Shown piece after piece: positions 1 to 7,586 of a stretch of DNA of 32,000 nucleotides. A program made the position numbers and the translations under genes. The DNA comes from Candidatus Velamenicoccus archaeovorus (GTDB taxonomy: Bacteria; Omnitrophota; Gorgyraeia; Velamenicoccales; Velamenicoccaceae): positions 1,260,001-1,292,000 of the forward strand of contig NZ_CP019384.1 of the NCBI RefSeq assembly GCF_004102945.1, given 5' to 3'. The notes below the pieces were generated by a model that was not told where the DNA came from, made no database searches, and saw only the letters and a list, made by a program, of their open reading frames with translations. Position 1 is the stretch's first letter, and the number at the start of each line of letters is the position of its first letter.

Positions 1-1532
1 AAACCGATGAAAGATGCGACGAACTTCGAATGGGAATATGTACCGTTGGCTTCCACCTTTTGGGCCGTGCCCGTCTTGCCGGCAAACCGGTAAAGCTTTG
101 ACTGCGCCATCTTTCCCGTCCCCGCTTCAACGACACTGGCCAGGATCTGACGCATCCTCTTCGATGTCTCTGGCGAAATAACCTGCCGGGCTTCCTCAGG
201 ACCATATTCCTTGATGACTTCCCCATGTCTGTCAACGATAGCCTGAACCACATACGGCCTCATATAACGGCCATCGTTGGCGATGGCGGCTATGGCGGCC
301 GCCAACTGTATGGCCGTGACGCAAACCTCCTGGCCGATCGGGACCGCTCCGATAGACGTCTTCGACCAGACAGAAACAGGTTTAAGCACGCCGCCCACCT
401 CCCCCGGCAGACCGCTGGCCGTCGTGGCCCCAAAGCCGAAATTCTTGGCATATTTGTAAACCGCCGCCGGCCCGATCTTCTGGGCGATCTTTGTTGTGCC
501 GATATTACTGGACTGGGCGATCACCTCACGGAAAGCCAGGCTGCCGTAAGGATGCACATCGTGCAACGTATGATTGGCCACGCGGTATTCCCCATTCTCA
601 CAAAAAATCCTGTCTTCCTCCGTAAACCTGCCTTCATCGAGAGCCGCCGAGGCCGTGACGATCTTGAAAACAGACCCCGGCTCGAAATAGTCCGTGACGG
701 CCCTGTCGCGCCTGGCCTCCACCGGATAAGACGAAGGAGCGTTCAGATCGTAAGCGGGCCTGTTGACGAGCGCCAGGATCTCGCCTGTTTTGACATCCAA
801 CACAACAGCCATCGCTCCCTTGGCGCGGTATTTCTGGAATATCTTGTCCACTTCCCTCTCTGCAATATACTGCACGACCTCATCGATGGTCAAAACCAGC
901 GAATAGCCGTCTGCAGGAGGCTGCAGGGCATCGGCGATCGTCAAATCCCTCTGGCGGGCGTCGCGTAGAACAAATGTCCAACCGGGCGTCCCTTTAAGAT
1001 AGGAATCGAACTTCATCTCCAAACCATCAAGCCCCTGGTTGTCGAGGCCGGCAAAGCCGATCACCTGACTGGCCATCTTCGCATGGGGATAGGAACGCTT
1101 GCTCTCCTTGAGAAAGTGGAGACCGTCGATATCCAACGCCCGCACCTTCTCCATGACCTGCCAGTCGAGCTTACGGGCAATCCAGACGAACTGCTTGGGC
1201 CGGTTCAGTCTCTCCAGGACAAAACCTTCATCCAACCCCAAGGCCTCATGCAGCATGCGGGCCGTGCGCGCCTTGTCTTTGACTTGAGGAGGGACGCCGT
1301 AAAGGGAAAACGTGGCGACATTAACGGCCATCGGCCTCATGTTGCGGTCAAAGATATCGCCGCGCTTGGGTTCAAGCTCCACGTAATATGTCTGTTGTTT
1401 AGCCGCGAGTTTAAGCAAAAAAGCGGAACGGAAGAGATGGATCGAGATCAGCTGGATGAGGAAAAAAACAAGCAGCCCTAGAAAGACGACGAAGACGAGC
1501 GCGATTCGCGAAGATTTGATTTTTAAAAACAC
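1..1532 (-). CDS. ftsI: Class B penicillin-binding protein / peptidoglycan D,D-transpeptidase FtsI (3' end cut by the window edge)
   Basis: Minus-strand frame is open from position 1. My translation shows SxxK (EPGSVFKI, ~690), SxN (AQSSNIGT, ~510) and KTG (FAGKTGTAQKV, 1-83). The N-terminal TM anchor MFLKIKSSRIALVFVVFLGLLVFFLIQL starts at GTG 1532. It sits after rsmH-ftsL as in dcw clusters. It is missing from the ORF track because it has no in-window stop. Confidence 0.9.
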   Translation of the reverse strand, partial: MFLKIKSSRIALVFVVFLGLLVFFLIQLISIHLFRSAFLLKLAAKQQTYYVELEPKRGDIFDRNMRPMAVNVATFSLYGVPPQVKDKARTARMLHEALGLDEGFVLERLNRPKQFVWIARKLDWQVMEKVRALDIDGLHFLKESKRSYPHAKMASQVIGFAGLDNQGLDGLEMKFDSYLKGTPGWTFVLRDARQRDLTIADALQPPADGYSLVLTIDEVVQYIAEREVDKIFQKYRAKGAMAVVLDVKTGEILALVNRPAYDLNAPSSYPVEARRDRAVTDYFEPGSVFKIVTASAALDEGRFTEEDRIFCENGEYRVANHTLHDVHPYGSLAFREVIAQSSNIGTTKIAQKIGPAAVYKYAKNFGFGATTASGLPGEVGGVLKPVSVWSKTSIGAVPIGQEVCVTAIQLAAAIAAIANDGRYMRPYVVQAIVDRHGEVIKEYGPEEARQVISPETSKRMRQILASVVEAGTGKMAQSKLYRFAGKTGTAQKVEANGTYSHSKFVASFIG

Positions 1533-1598
1533 GTATACGGACCAAAAGGGCCGGCAAAGGCAATAAGTTTAAAAATTTAACAAGACAAAAACTCCGGA

Positions 1599-2057
1599 TC
1601 ACTTAACCGTCTTGGCCTCGGCCTGGCTGGGTGCGAATATATTCTGCCTGGCCAGACGCTTCAGGAAGGAAAACGGCGCAAACCCCCTTTTTGTACCGGC
1701 GGCTACCCGCATCCCTTGAGCTCTGGAAGGCGCGACCCTGACCAACTTAAAGCTCTGCGCCATCTCGTATTGGTTATTATTGTTCATAAAAAGGCTCTTG
1801 TCCAGATTCGAGGGCGACTCGAGGCTTGTGAGCGTGAATTCCAAGGATGTCCGGCGATCCCGCATCGACTCCAGCACATTTTCGGCACGCGTGATCCTGT
1901 ACCCCAGCTTGACGATTTCCGTCTGCTGAAAGACATAAAAAAGGCTCAGGACCGTGACGATGGCGGTATAAAGGATGCAGCGTGATGTTCTCATGTGTCT
2001 CAGTGAAGTATCCCGCGTCCTTCGGCGCGGATCAGGGGCCGCTTCATCATAAGGCAT
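1599..2057 (-). CDS. ftsL: FtsL-like cell division protein (single TM plus short periplasmic region)
   Basis: ORF 1599..2096. One hydrophobic helix (ILYTAIVTVLSLFYVF) is followed by a polar, coil-like segment. The position between rsmH and ftsI is the canonical FtsL slot. Start is uncertain: ATG 2057 lies just after the rsmH stop, ATG 1994 is also possible. No sequence motif is diagnostic. Confidence 0.55.
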   Translation of the reverse strand: MPYDEAAPDPRRRTRDTSLRHMRTSRCILYTAIVTVLSLFYVFQQTEIVKLGYRITRAENVLESMRDRRTSLEFTLTSLESPSNLDKSLFMNNNNQYEMAQSFKLVRVAPSRAQGMRVAAGTKRGFAPFSFLKRLARQNIFAPSQAEAKTVK

Positions 2058-2079
2058 GCCGCGGGCGCCGCGGCGCGCC

Positions 2080-2976
2080 TCATTTAATCCTCTCAATGAC
2101 CCTCATTCTTGCGCTGCGGCTGCGCGGATTACGGCCGATCTCCTCCGGAGTCGGCCGCATGATCTTTTTAAATACCAGACGGAACCGCTCCGTCCTCACC
2201 AATTCGCGAAAATTTTCTTTGACGATCCTGTCCTCAAGGGAATGGAACGAAATGACACAGATACGGCCGCCCTTGTTAAGGTAAAGCGCCGCTTTCTTGA
2301 GGGCCTCATCCAAAGAATCCAATTCCCTGTTGACGGCAATCCGCAGGGCCTGAAAGGTCCGCGTCGCCGGATGGATACGTTGAAAATGGGATCTGTACGG
2401 CAGGGCCCGCAGGACGGCGTCTACCAGCTCCTTTGTCGATGTGATAGGGCCATCCTGTCTGACCCTGACGATGCTGCGGGCGATCCTGCGGGAGAATCTC
2501 TCTTCTCCGAACTTCCAAAGAATAGAGGCGATCTCCTCTTCCGTCAAATTGTTCAAGAGATCATACGCCGAGATAAAACCGCTGCGGTCCATGCGCATAT
2601 CCAGAGGGCCTTCGGCCCTGATGCTAAAACCCCTGACAGGATTATCCAGCTGAAAAGACGAGATGCCGAGATCGAACAGAAACGCATCGGCCCCTTCGAT
2701 ACCGAGCCGATCCAGGATCCTGTCGATGCGACGGAAATCGTCATGGACGAAATCACAGCGCGGGCGGCTCTTTTGGAGACGCTCTTTGGCCGCGGCGATG
2801 GATTCCTCGTCTTTGTCGATCATGATCAGCCGGCCGGACGGTTGCAGGCGCGCGGCCAGGGCGGCGGCGTGTCCGCCCAGACCAAGGGTGGCATCCACGA
2901 CAACCATGCCGTCCCTGGGGTGGATAAACCTCAGGACCTCTTCTTCCATCACCGGCTTATGAAGCGACTCCTGCAT
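2080..2976 (-). CDS. rsmH: 16S rRNA (cytosine1402-N4)-methyltransferase RsmH/MraW
   Basis: ORF 2080..3051. It has HKPVMEEEVL near the N-terminus, the SAM motif VVDATLGLGGH, and later DLGISSFQLD and SFHSLEDR. ATG 2976 is preferred because AGGAGG lies 10 nt upstream. The longer start at 3051 is possible. Confidence 0.92.
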   Translation of the reverse strand: MQESLHKPVMEEEVLRFIHPRDGMVVVDATLGLGGHAAALAARLQPSGRLIMIDKDEESIAAAKERLQKSRPRCDFVHDDFRRIDRILDRLGIEGADAFLFDLGISSFQLDNPVRGFSIRAEGPLDMRMDRSGFISAYDLLNNLTEEEIASILWKFGEERFSRRIARSIVRVRQDGPITSTKELVDAVLRALPYRSHFQRIHPATRTFQALRIAVNRELDSLDEALKKAALYLNKGGRICVISFHSLEDRIVKENFRELVRTERFRLVFKKIMRPTPEEIGRNPRSRSARMRVIERIK

Positions 2977-3072
2977 GGCTTCATCGCCTCCTTCTGGACG
3001 AGCTTCTCTCTCCAACACGCCGACACATCCGCTGTGACGAGACCACATCATGGGGTCTCTCCAAGATGCAAA

Positions 3073-3441
3073 TCAGAAAAACAGTTTAAGGATCCGCGAC
3101 ACCGACATAAACCTGGGATTCAAAACGACGACGCCCGTCCTGCAGCCGAGGGCATCCATTTCTCTGGACCAGACGACGCGCCCCAGGAGTTTCAAAGGAC
3201 CGAAACCGTCGGGGATCTCCAGGGCGATCTCGAAGATCGTCCCTGGAAGAAAAACGCGGGATGTCGCAAGCCCCATCCCAGAACCGCTGACATCTTTGAC
3301 AAACGCCTCAAGCCTCTCGCCGGTATTGACGTTCTTGACCTGCGTCTTGACGTTGAACAGGGAATTACGGTAAAAAATCCTGTTATCGCTGCCGGCAGCG
3401 GTTTCCATGCGGGAAACCATGGTTTGCGTCTTCATCGTCAC
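3073..3441 (-). CDS. Stand-alone PilZ domain protein (predicted c-di-GMP receptor)
   Basis: 122 aa. It has RxxxR (RIFYR, residues 21-25) and, 24 residues later, DxSxxG (DVSGSG). This is the bipartite PilZ c-di-GMP binding signature at the usual spacing. Small beta-rich remainder. Confidence 0.75.
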   Translation of the reverse strand: MTMKTQTMVSRMETAAGSDNRIFYRNSLFNVKTQVKNVNTGERLEAFVKDVSGSGMGLATSRVFLPGTIFEIALEIPDGFGPLKLLGRVVWSREMDALGCRTGVVVLNPRFMSVSRILKLFF

Positions 3442-3458
3442 GCCCTTTCGTGATAAAC

Positions 3459-3899
3459 CTACTGGCTCTCGATCAGCTTTTCCGCCGTCTCTTCAAAAGA
3501 ATCCAGGTTCGCCTGATAGAATTCATTCCATGCTTCCTTGGCCCAGATCTCAACGCGGCTGGAGACGCCGATGATCACGACGTCTTTCTTGATGCCGGCG
3601 AAATCTTTGAGATAACCCGGGATAAGGATCCTGCCTTGTTTGTCGGGAGCAACCTCGATCGCGCCGGAAAAATACAAACGGTTGAATTTCCGGGAATCCT
3701 GGCGCGTAAAAGGCAGCGCCTTGAACTTGGTCTCGACGGAACGCCACTCTTCTTCGGAAAACATAAACAAACATTTATCGAGACCGCGGGTCAAATAGAA
3801 TTTCTCGACGAAGTGCGCCTTTGCCACCTCCCGGATGCGCGACGGAAGGATCAGCCGTCCTTTGTTATCGATCCCATGAGCGTATTCGCCGTAAAACAT
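3459..3899 (-). CDS. mraZ: Transcriptional regulator MraZ
   Basis: 146 aa. The N-terminus MFYGEYAHGIDNKGRLILPSRIRE and a second DKQGRILIP repeat form the duplicated SpoVT/AbrB-like MraZ signature. First gene of the dcw cluster. Confidence 0.95.
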   Translation of the reverse strand: MFYGEYAHGIDNKGRLILPSRIREVAKAHFVEKFYLTRGLDKCLFMFSEEEWRSVETKFKALPFTRQDSRKFNRLYFSGAIEVAPDKQGRILIPGYLKDFAGIKKDVVIIGVSSRVEIWAKEAWNEFYQANLDSFEETAEKLIESQ

Positions 3900-3970
3900 A
3901 TCTATCCTTGTTCGATTCTGTTAATGCGCTGTGCGCAAAAAATGAAACTGAAATAAATAAAAATATAAAT

Positions 3971-4039
3971 GGATTCCCACTTCCCTCCACTCTCCTCCAC
4001 TCGTAACCAAAGTATAGAAAAAATCCCCCACTTTGTCAA
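3971..4039 (-). promoter_or_regulatory. mraZ (dcw) sigma70 promoter plus MraZ-box direct repeats
   Basis: Minus strand: TTGACA (4039-4034), 17 nt spacer, TATACT (4016-4011). Just downstream are three 10-nt-phased repeats: GTGGAGGAGA, GTGGAGGGAA, GTGGGAATCC (4000-3971). A fourth GTGGGGG (4031-4025) lies inside the spacer. GTGG[GA] repeats at 10-bp phase match the known MraZ operator architecture. Confidence 0.7.
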
Positions 4040-4060
4040 GAAATATTCAATTTAATTTTT

Positions 4061-4333
4061 TATGGAATCCCGCGGCTTTACAGCCCTCGGCTTCGCCGAG
4101 AGGCGAGCCGTAGTATCTGTCCGCCTTCCAGCGATCGAACGACATCTCATCCGGCCTTCGGCGGGACCTCGCCCGCCGCAGGGTGGCGGGCCGTAGCGCA
4201 CCTATCCTGCATTTCCGCCTTTTGGCGAGGCCTCGCCGGCTAAAAGCCGGAGGGCATCCACGGGTTCACACCCGTGGTTTTCCAGCCAGAGGCTCTCTGG
4301 CTCGTCCAAGGCGGCTGTGCGAAGGCGGATAAA
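4061..4333. repeat. 273-bp hairpin-dense intergenic element, copy A (strand of function unknown)
   Basis: Aligns without gaps to 23653-23925 with 11 mismatches by my count. It contains at least 6 stable hairpins, including ggcttcgcc-GAGA-ggcgagcc (4089-4109), ccacggg-ttcaca-cccgtgg (4258-4277) and gccagag-gct-ctctggc (4285-4301). Confidence 0.85.
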
Positions 4334-4653
4334 GTTATTATGTTACAAGATGTTGGATTGGAGGAGCGCAGGATCCGCGCTGAAGAAAAAAAGAACTGGA
4401 TATAGACAGCTGGATGGGGTGTTTCTGGAGCCCCAAGGGCTCGCCCTGGCCTGAGGCCAAAGGCAGGCCTGTTGGCCTTTTTGTTTCCACGGTCCGCCCT
4501 TCGGGCCTGCCCCTGACTTCCAATCAGGGGCGGCCGTGGGGTGACGTCCCTGTTCCGCCATGGCTTTGTCTGCAAGACAAAGCCAATCCACGGGCATAGC
4601 CTCGCCCGCCCAAGCGGGCAGGGAATTCTGGCGCAGGGATTAAGAGGAGCGTT

Positions 4654-5619
4654 TCAGAACGATGCGAACATCCGGGGTTTGGAACTCGAGGAAAGAATGC
4701 CTCTGACCTGTTGAATATCTTTTTTGATCTGGCTTATAAGCCTGCCCGCATCCGGGAACCTGCGGTCCGGCCGGACTCTGCGCGCAAAACGGACTTCCAT
4801 CATCTTTCCGTAAACGTTGCGCCGGGCCCCGATCAGAAACACTTCGATATGGCGCTTGTCTCCTGCGTAGAATGTCGGCCGCGTTCCCAGATAGACGGCC
4901 GCCGCATAGGCGCGGCCGCCGCATAGGGCCCAGGCGGCATAGATCCCATCCGGGACGAGGACTTCGTGTTCCGCCAAGATATTTGCCGTCGGAAAACCAA
5001 GAAGCCTGCCGCGGCCGTCTCCTTTGATCACGCGCCCCAAGAGCGCGACGGGACGGCCGAGAAACTTTTGTGCCGCAACAAGATCCCCCCGGCGGATCTG
5101 AGAACGGATGACGGTGCTGCTGACAACACCGCCGGAAATCCTGTGCGGTTTTATCACGTGAAGGGAAAAATCCATCCTGCGGCAAAAACGCCTGAGGTCA
5201 TCCACGCTGCCCCGCCCCCCCCTCCCAAAAACGAAATCTTCGCCCACATAAAGAGAGGCCATGCCCATGCGCCCAATCAGGATTTTCGCCACGAAATCCT
5301 CGGGGGGCATGGCGGCCAAAGACCTGTTGAAATCCAAGACATAACAGATATCGATCCCGGCCTCGGCCAAGTAATGCAGTTTATGCCGCAGAGACATCAA
5401 GTGAGGGGTTTTTTCATGGCGGCGCACCAGGTGGGAAGGATGAAGAGAAAATGTCACGACCGCACTCTTCAGGCCGCGGGCGCGCGCCTCGGCAACAACA
5501 CGGCCCAGGATATACTGGTGCCCGCGATGGACGCCGTCGAAGACGCCGACGGTAATGACTTTATCGCGCCGCGGCGCTGTCTGTCTGAAGCCCGGGCCAA
5601 TCCCGTAAACGATCCTCAT
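4654..5619 (-). CDS. ribF: Bifunctional riboflavin kinase / FMN adenylyltransferase
   Basis: ORF 4654..5643. It has VITVGVFDGVHRGHQ (the nucleotidyltransferase HxGH-type motif) and a C-terminal riboflavin kinase region (GFPTANI, PDGIYA, TRPTF). It follows truB, as is common. ATG 5619 preferred. Confidence 0.93.
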   Translation of the reverse strand: MRIVYGIGPGFRQTAPRRDKVITVGVFDGVHRGHQYILGRVVAEARARGLKSAVVTFSLHPSHLVRRHEKTPHLMSLRHKLHYLAEAGIDICYVLDFNRSLAAMPPEDFVAKILIGRMGMASLYVGEDFVFGRGGRGSVDDLRRFCRRMDFSLHVIKPHRISGGVVSSTVIRSQIRRGDLVAAQKFLGRPVALLGRVIKGDGRGRLLGFPTANILAEHEVLVPDGIYAAWALCGGRAYAAAVYLGTRPTFYAGDKRHIEVFLIGARRNVYGKMMEVRFARRVRPDRRFPDAGRLISQIKKDIQQVRGILSSSSKPRMFASF

Positions 5620-6259
5620 TGATCTCTCCGGTCGTGATCGCATCCTGGATATGAAAAGGACCGAGGGCCACGCGGCGGATCCGGGAAATCACGCCTCCGA
5701 CACCCAGGACTTCGCCGATCTCCTCGCCCAGCCGCCTGATATAGGTCCCTTTGGAACACTTGACGAAAAAATCGATATCCGGCAATTTCATCCGGACGAT
5801 CTGCAAATCGTAGATACGGATCGGCCTGGCCTTGCGCTCGACTTCAATACCTCTGCGCGCCAGCTCATAAAGCCGGCGGCCTTTGTGCTTGATCGCGGAA
5901 ACCATGGGCGGCACCTGCAGGCGTTCGCCGATGAATGAAGCGAACACGCGACGGACCTCCTCCTCGGTAATATGCGACGGGTCTTTCTGGGACAAGAGGC
6001 GCCCTTCGGTATCCCCTGTCGACGTCACCTCACCCAGATGCAGCGTCGCCTCATAGGCCTTGTCAAAATGGACAAACTTCGAAAAAAGCTTCGTCGCGCT
6101 ACCGACGAGAATGACAAGAATCCCTGTTGCGACGGGATCCAGGGTCCCGCTGTGCCCCACGCGCTTGGTATTGAGCTTGCGCCGTACCATATCAACGACA
6201 TCGTGCGACGTCACGCCTGACGGCTTGTCGATGACGAGGATGCCGTTCTTCATGGACAC
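5561..6259 (-). CDS. truB: tRNA pseudouridine(55) synthase TruB
   Basis: GILVIDKPSGVTSHDVV and the catalytic GHSGTLDPVATGILV motif. Lies in the rbfA-truB-ribF neighbourhood. Confidence 0.93.
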   Translation of the reverse strand: MSMKNGILVIDKPSGVTSHDVVDMVRRKLNTKRVGHSGTLDPVATGILVILVGSATKLFSKFVHFDKAYEATLHLGEVTSTGDTEGRLLSQKDPSHITEEEVRRVFASFIGERLQVPPMVSAIKHKGRRLYELARRGIEVERKARPIRIYDLQIVRMKLPDIDFFVKCSKGTYIRRLGEEIGEVLGVGGVISRIRRVALGPFHIQDAITTGEINEDRLRDWPGLQTDSAAAR

Positions 6260-7215
6260 CGCCTGGCCGCCGCGGCGACGACCTTTGCGATAACGCCCTT
6301 GAGAGCGCCCCTCAATGTGCAGCCGCTGGCCATCCTGTGGCCGCCGCCGCCGAATCCGTGCGCCAGGGCATTGACGTCGACGCGCCCCCGCGAACGGAAA
6401 TTCACGCGCACCTCCCGGCCCCGCTCGATCTCTTTAAAAAGAAGAGCCACCTCGACGCCGGAGACGGCCCGCGCAAAACGGATGATCTCATCTGTCTGCT
6501 CCGATAAAACGGGATATTTTTTGCCGAGGGCCGCCGGCACCTGAACCCAGGCGACCTTGCCGGTACGGTCGCGGCGCATCCCCCGCACGATACCGCCTAA
6601 AGCCTTGACAGTCTCGTAGGAAAAATTCTCATAGAGCCTCTGGTAGATGCCGTAAACATCCACACCAAACTCCAGAAGATGAGCGGCCACCCGGTGGGTT
6701 TCGGCGGACGTCGAGGCGTAACGGAAAGAGCCCGTATCGGCCAGGATACCCGTGTAGAGCAGAATAGCCTCCGGCCTGCTAAGCCGTACGTCGAGCGCCT
6801 CAAAAAGCTGGTAGACCATCTCCGATGCGCACGATGCCTTTGGATTCACCCAATTCATGCTTCCGAAACGAGTATTGCTGATATGATGGTCGATATTGAT
6901 GAGCGGCTTATCCTTCCGGATGGATCTCGAAAGCTTTCCGATACGCGATGCATCGGAACAATCTACAAGGACCGCGGCGTCATAAGGAGGAAAAACGGTC
7001 CCGCGCCTGATCGTCCGGATGCCCGGCATAAAAAGATATTCCGCCGGTGCTTCATCGTCGTTGATACAATAGACCGTCTTGCCCATCCGCCGCAGGAGGC
7101 TGGCGACGGCGAGCTCAGACCCCAAGGCATCCCCTTCGAGGTGGACATGGGCGGAGACGACAAAAACTTTAAGATTCTTTTTCTTTAGTTCTGCGATGAG
7201 TTTTTTGGGGACCAC
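6250..7215 (-). CDS. nrnA: DHH/DHHA1 phosphoesterase, NrnA-like (oligoribonuclease / pAp phosphatase)
   Basis: 321 aa with NIDHH, the GILADTGSFRY (DHH family) motif and the C-terminal GGGGH (DHHA1) motif. Lies between rbfA and truB. Confidence 0.8.
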   Translation of the reverse strand: MVPKKLIAELKKKNLKVFVVSAHVHLEGDALGSELAVASLLRRMGKTVYCINDDEAPAEYLFMPGIRTIRRGTVFPPYDAAVLVDCSDASRIGKLSRSIRKDKPLINIDHHISNTRFGSMNWVNPKASCASEMVYQLFEALDVRLSRPEAILLYTGILADTGSFRYASTSAETHRVAAHLLEFGVDVYGIYQRLYENFSYETVKALGGIVRGMRRDRTGKVAWVQVPAALGKKYPVLSEQTDEIIRFARAVSGVEVALLFKEIERGREVRVNFRSRGRVDVNALAHGFGGGGHRMASGCTLRGALKGVIAKVVAAAARRCP

Positions 7216-7585
7216 GGGCTTTTTTCCTCGGTTGAGCGGTTTCTTGTTCCAGTTTTTTGATCTCCTGTAATTGCTGTTCGATCATGATGCTGTATTCCGG
7301 CGAGTGGTCGGCCTTGAAGGCGATCTCGGGCACAAATCTCAGGCTCAATTCCTGTCCCAAGGCACGGCGGATATAACCGCTGGCATGCTCGAGGCCCTTG
7401 AGGGTCTCCTCCCACTGCTCCGGGCTGCCGTAGACGCTGAAATAAATACGCGCAAAACTTAAATCGGGCGTCACCTCGACGCGCGTGATCGTAGTAAATC
7501 CCAAACGGGGATCTCGTATCTCCTCTTGGATCGTGGTGCTGACGATTTTCTTGATCTCCCCGGCCACTTTGTCTTTTCTGCTCAT
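7169..7585 (-). CDS. rbfA: Ribosome-binding factor A
   Basis: From ATG 7585 the protein reads MSRKDKVAGEIKKIVSTTIQEEIRDPRLGFTTITRVEVTPDLSFARIYFSV, the typical RbfA KH-like core. GGAGG lies 9 nt upstream. The 81-codon in-frame extension in the ORF track (to 7828) runs through repeat DNA and is rejected. Confidence 0.9.
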   Translation of the reverse strand: MSRKDKVAGEIKKIVSTTIQEEIRDPRLGFTTITRVEVTPDLSFARIYFSVYGSPEQWEETLKGLEHASGYIRRALGQELSLRFVPEIAFKADHSPEYSIMIEQQLQEIKKLEQETAQPRKKARGPQKTHRRTKEKES

Positions 7586-7586
7586 G

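Noticed and set aside
225-1481. Plus-strand ORFs 225..968 and 1083..1481
   Set aside because: They are antisense to the ftsI reading frame, which carries the SxxK/SxN/KTG motifs. No motifs of their own.
2056-3453. 465-aa plus-strand ORF spanning rsmH and the PilZ gene
   Set aside because: It is antisense to two genes with clear family motifs, is Arg/Pro/Gly-rich low-complexity sequence typical of shadow ORFs in GC-rich DNA, and has no recognisable domain.
4062-4196. 44-codon ORF starting at the conserved tATGGA of the 273-bp element (MESRGFTALGFAERRAV...GGGP*), intact in both copies
   Set aside because: No Shine-Dalgarno in either copy. The 9 differences in this stretch split 4 synonymous to 5 non-synonymous, with radical changes (S->P, R->C), and the product is Arg/Pro/Gly-rich as expected from GC-rich non-coding DNA. 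The larger ORFs over the repeats (4240..4597, 23482..24042) are not conserved between copies.
4061-4333. The 273-bp element as a c-di-GMP riboswitch, prompted by PilZ/MshEN genes downstream of both copies
   Set aside because: The minus strand shares only a CGCACAG heptamer with GEMM-I and lacks the rest of the class I or class II core as I remember them. Copy A also lies upstream of the mapped-by-sequence mraZ promoter rather than in its 5' UTR.
4061-4333. The 273-bp element as a MITE
   Set aside because: The termini (tatggaRYccc... / ...gaaggcggataaa) are not inverted repeats of each other, and there is no direct duplication of flanking bases at either copy.
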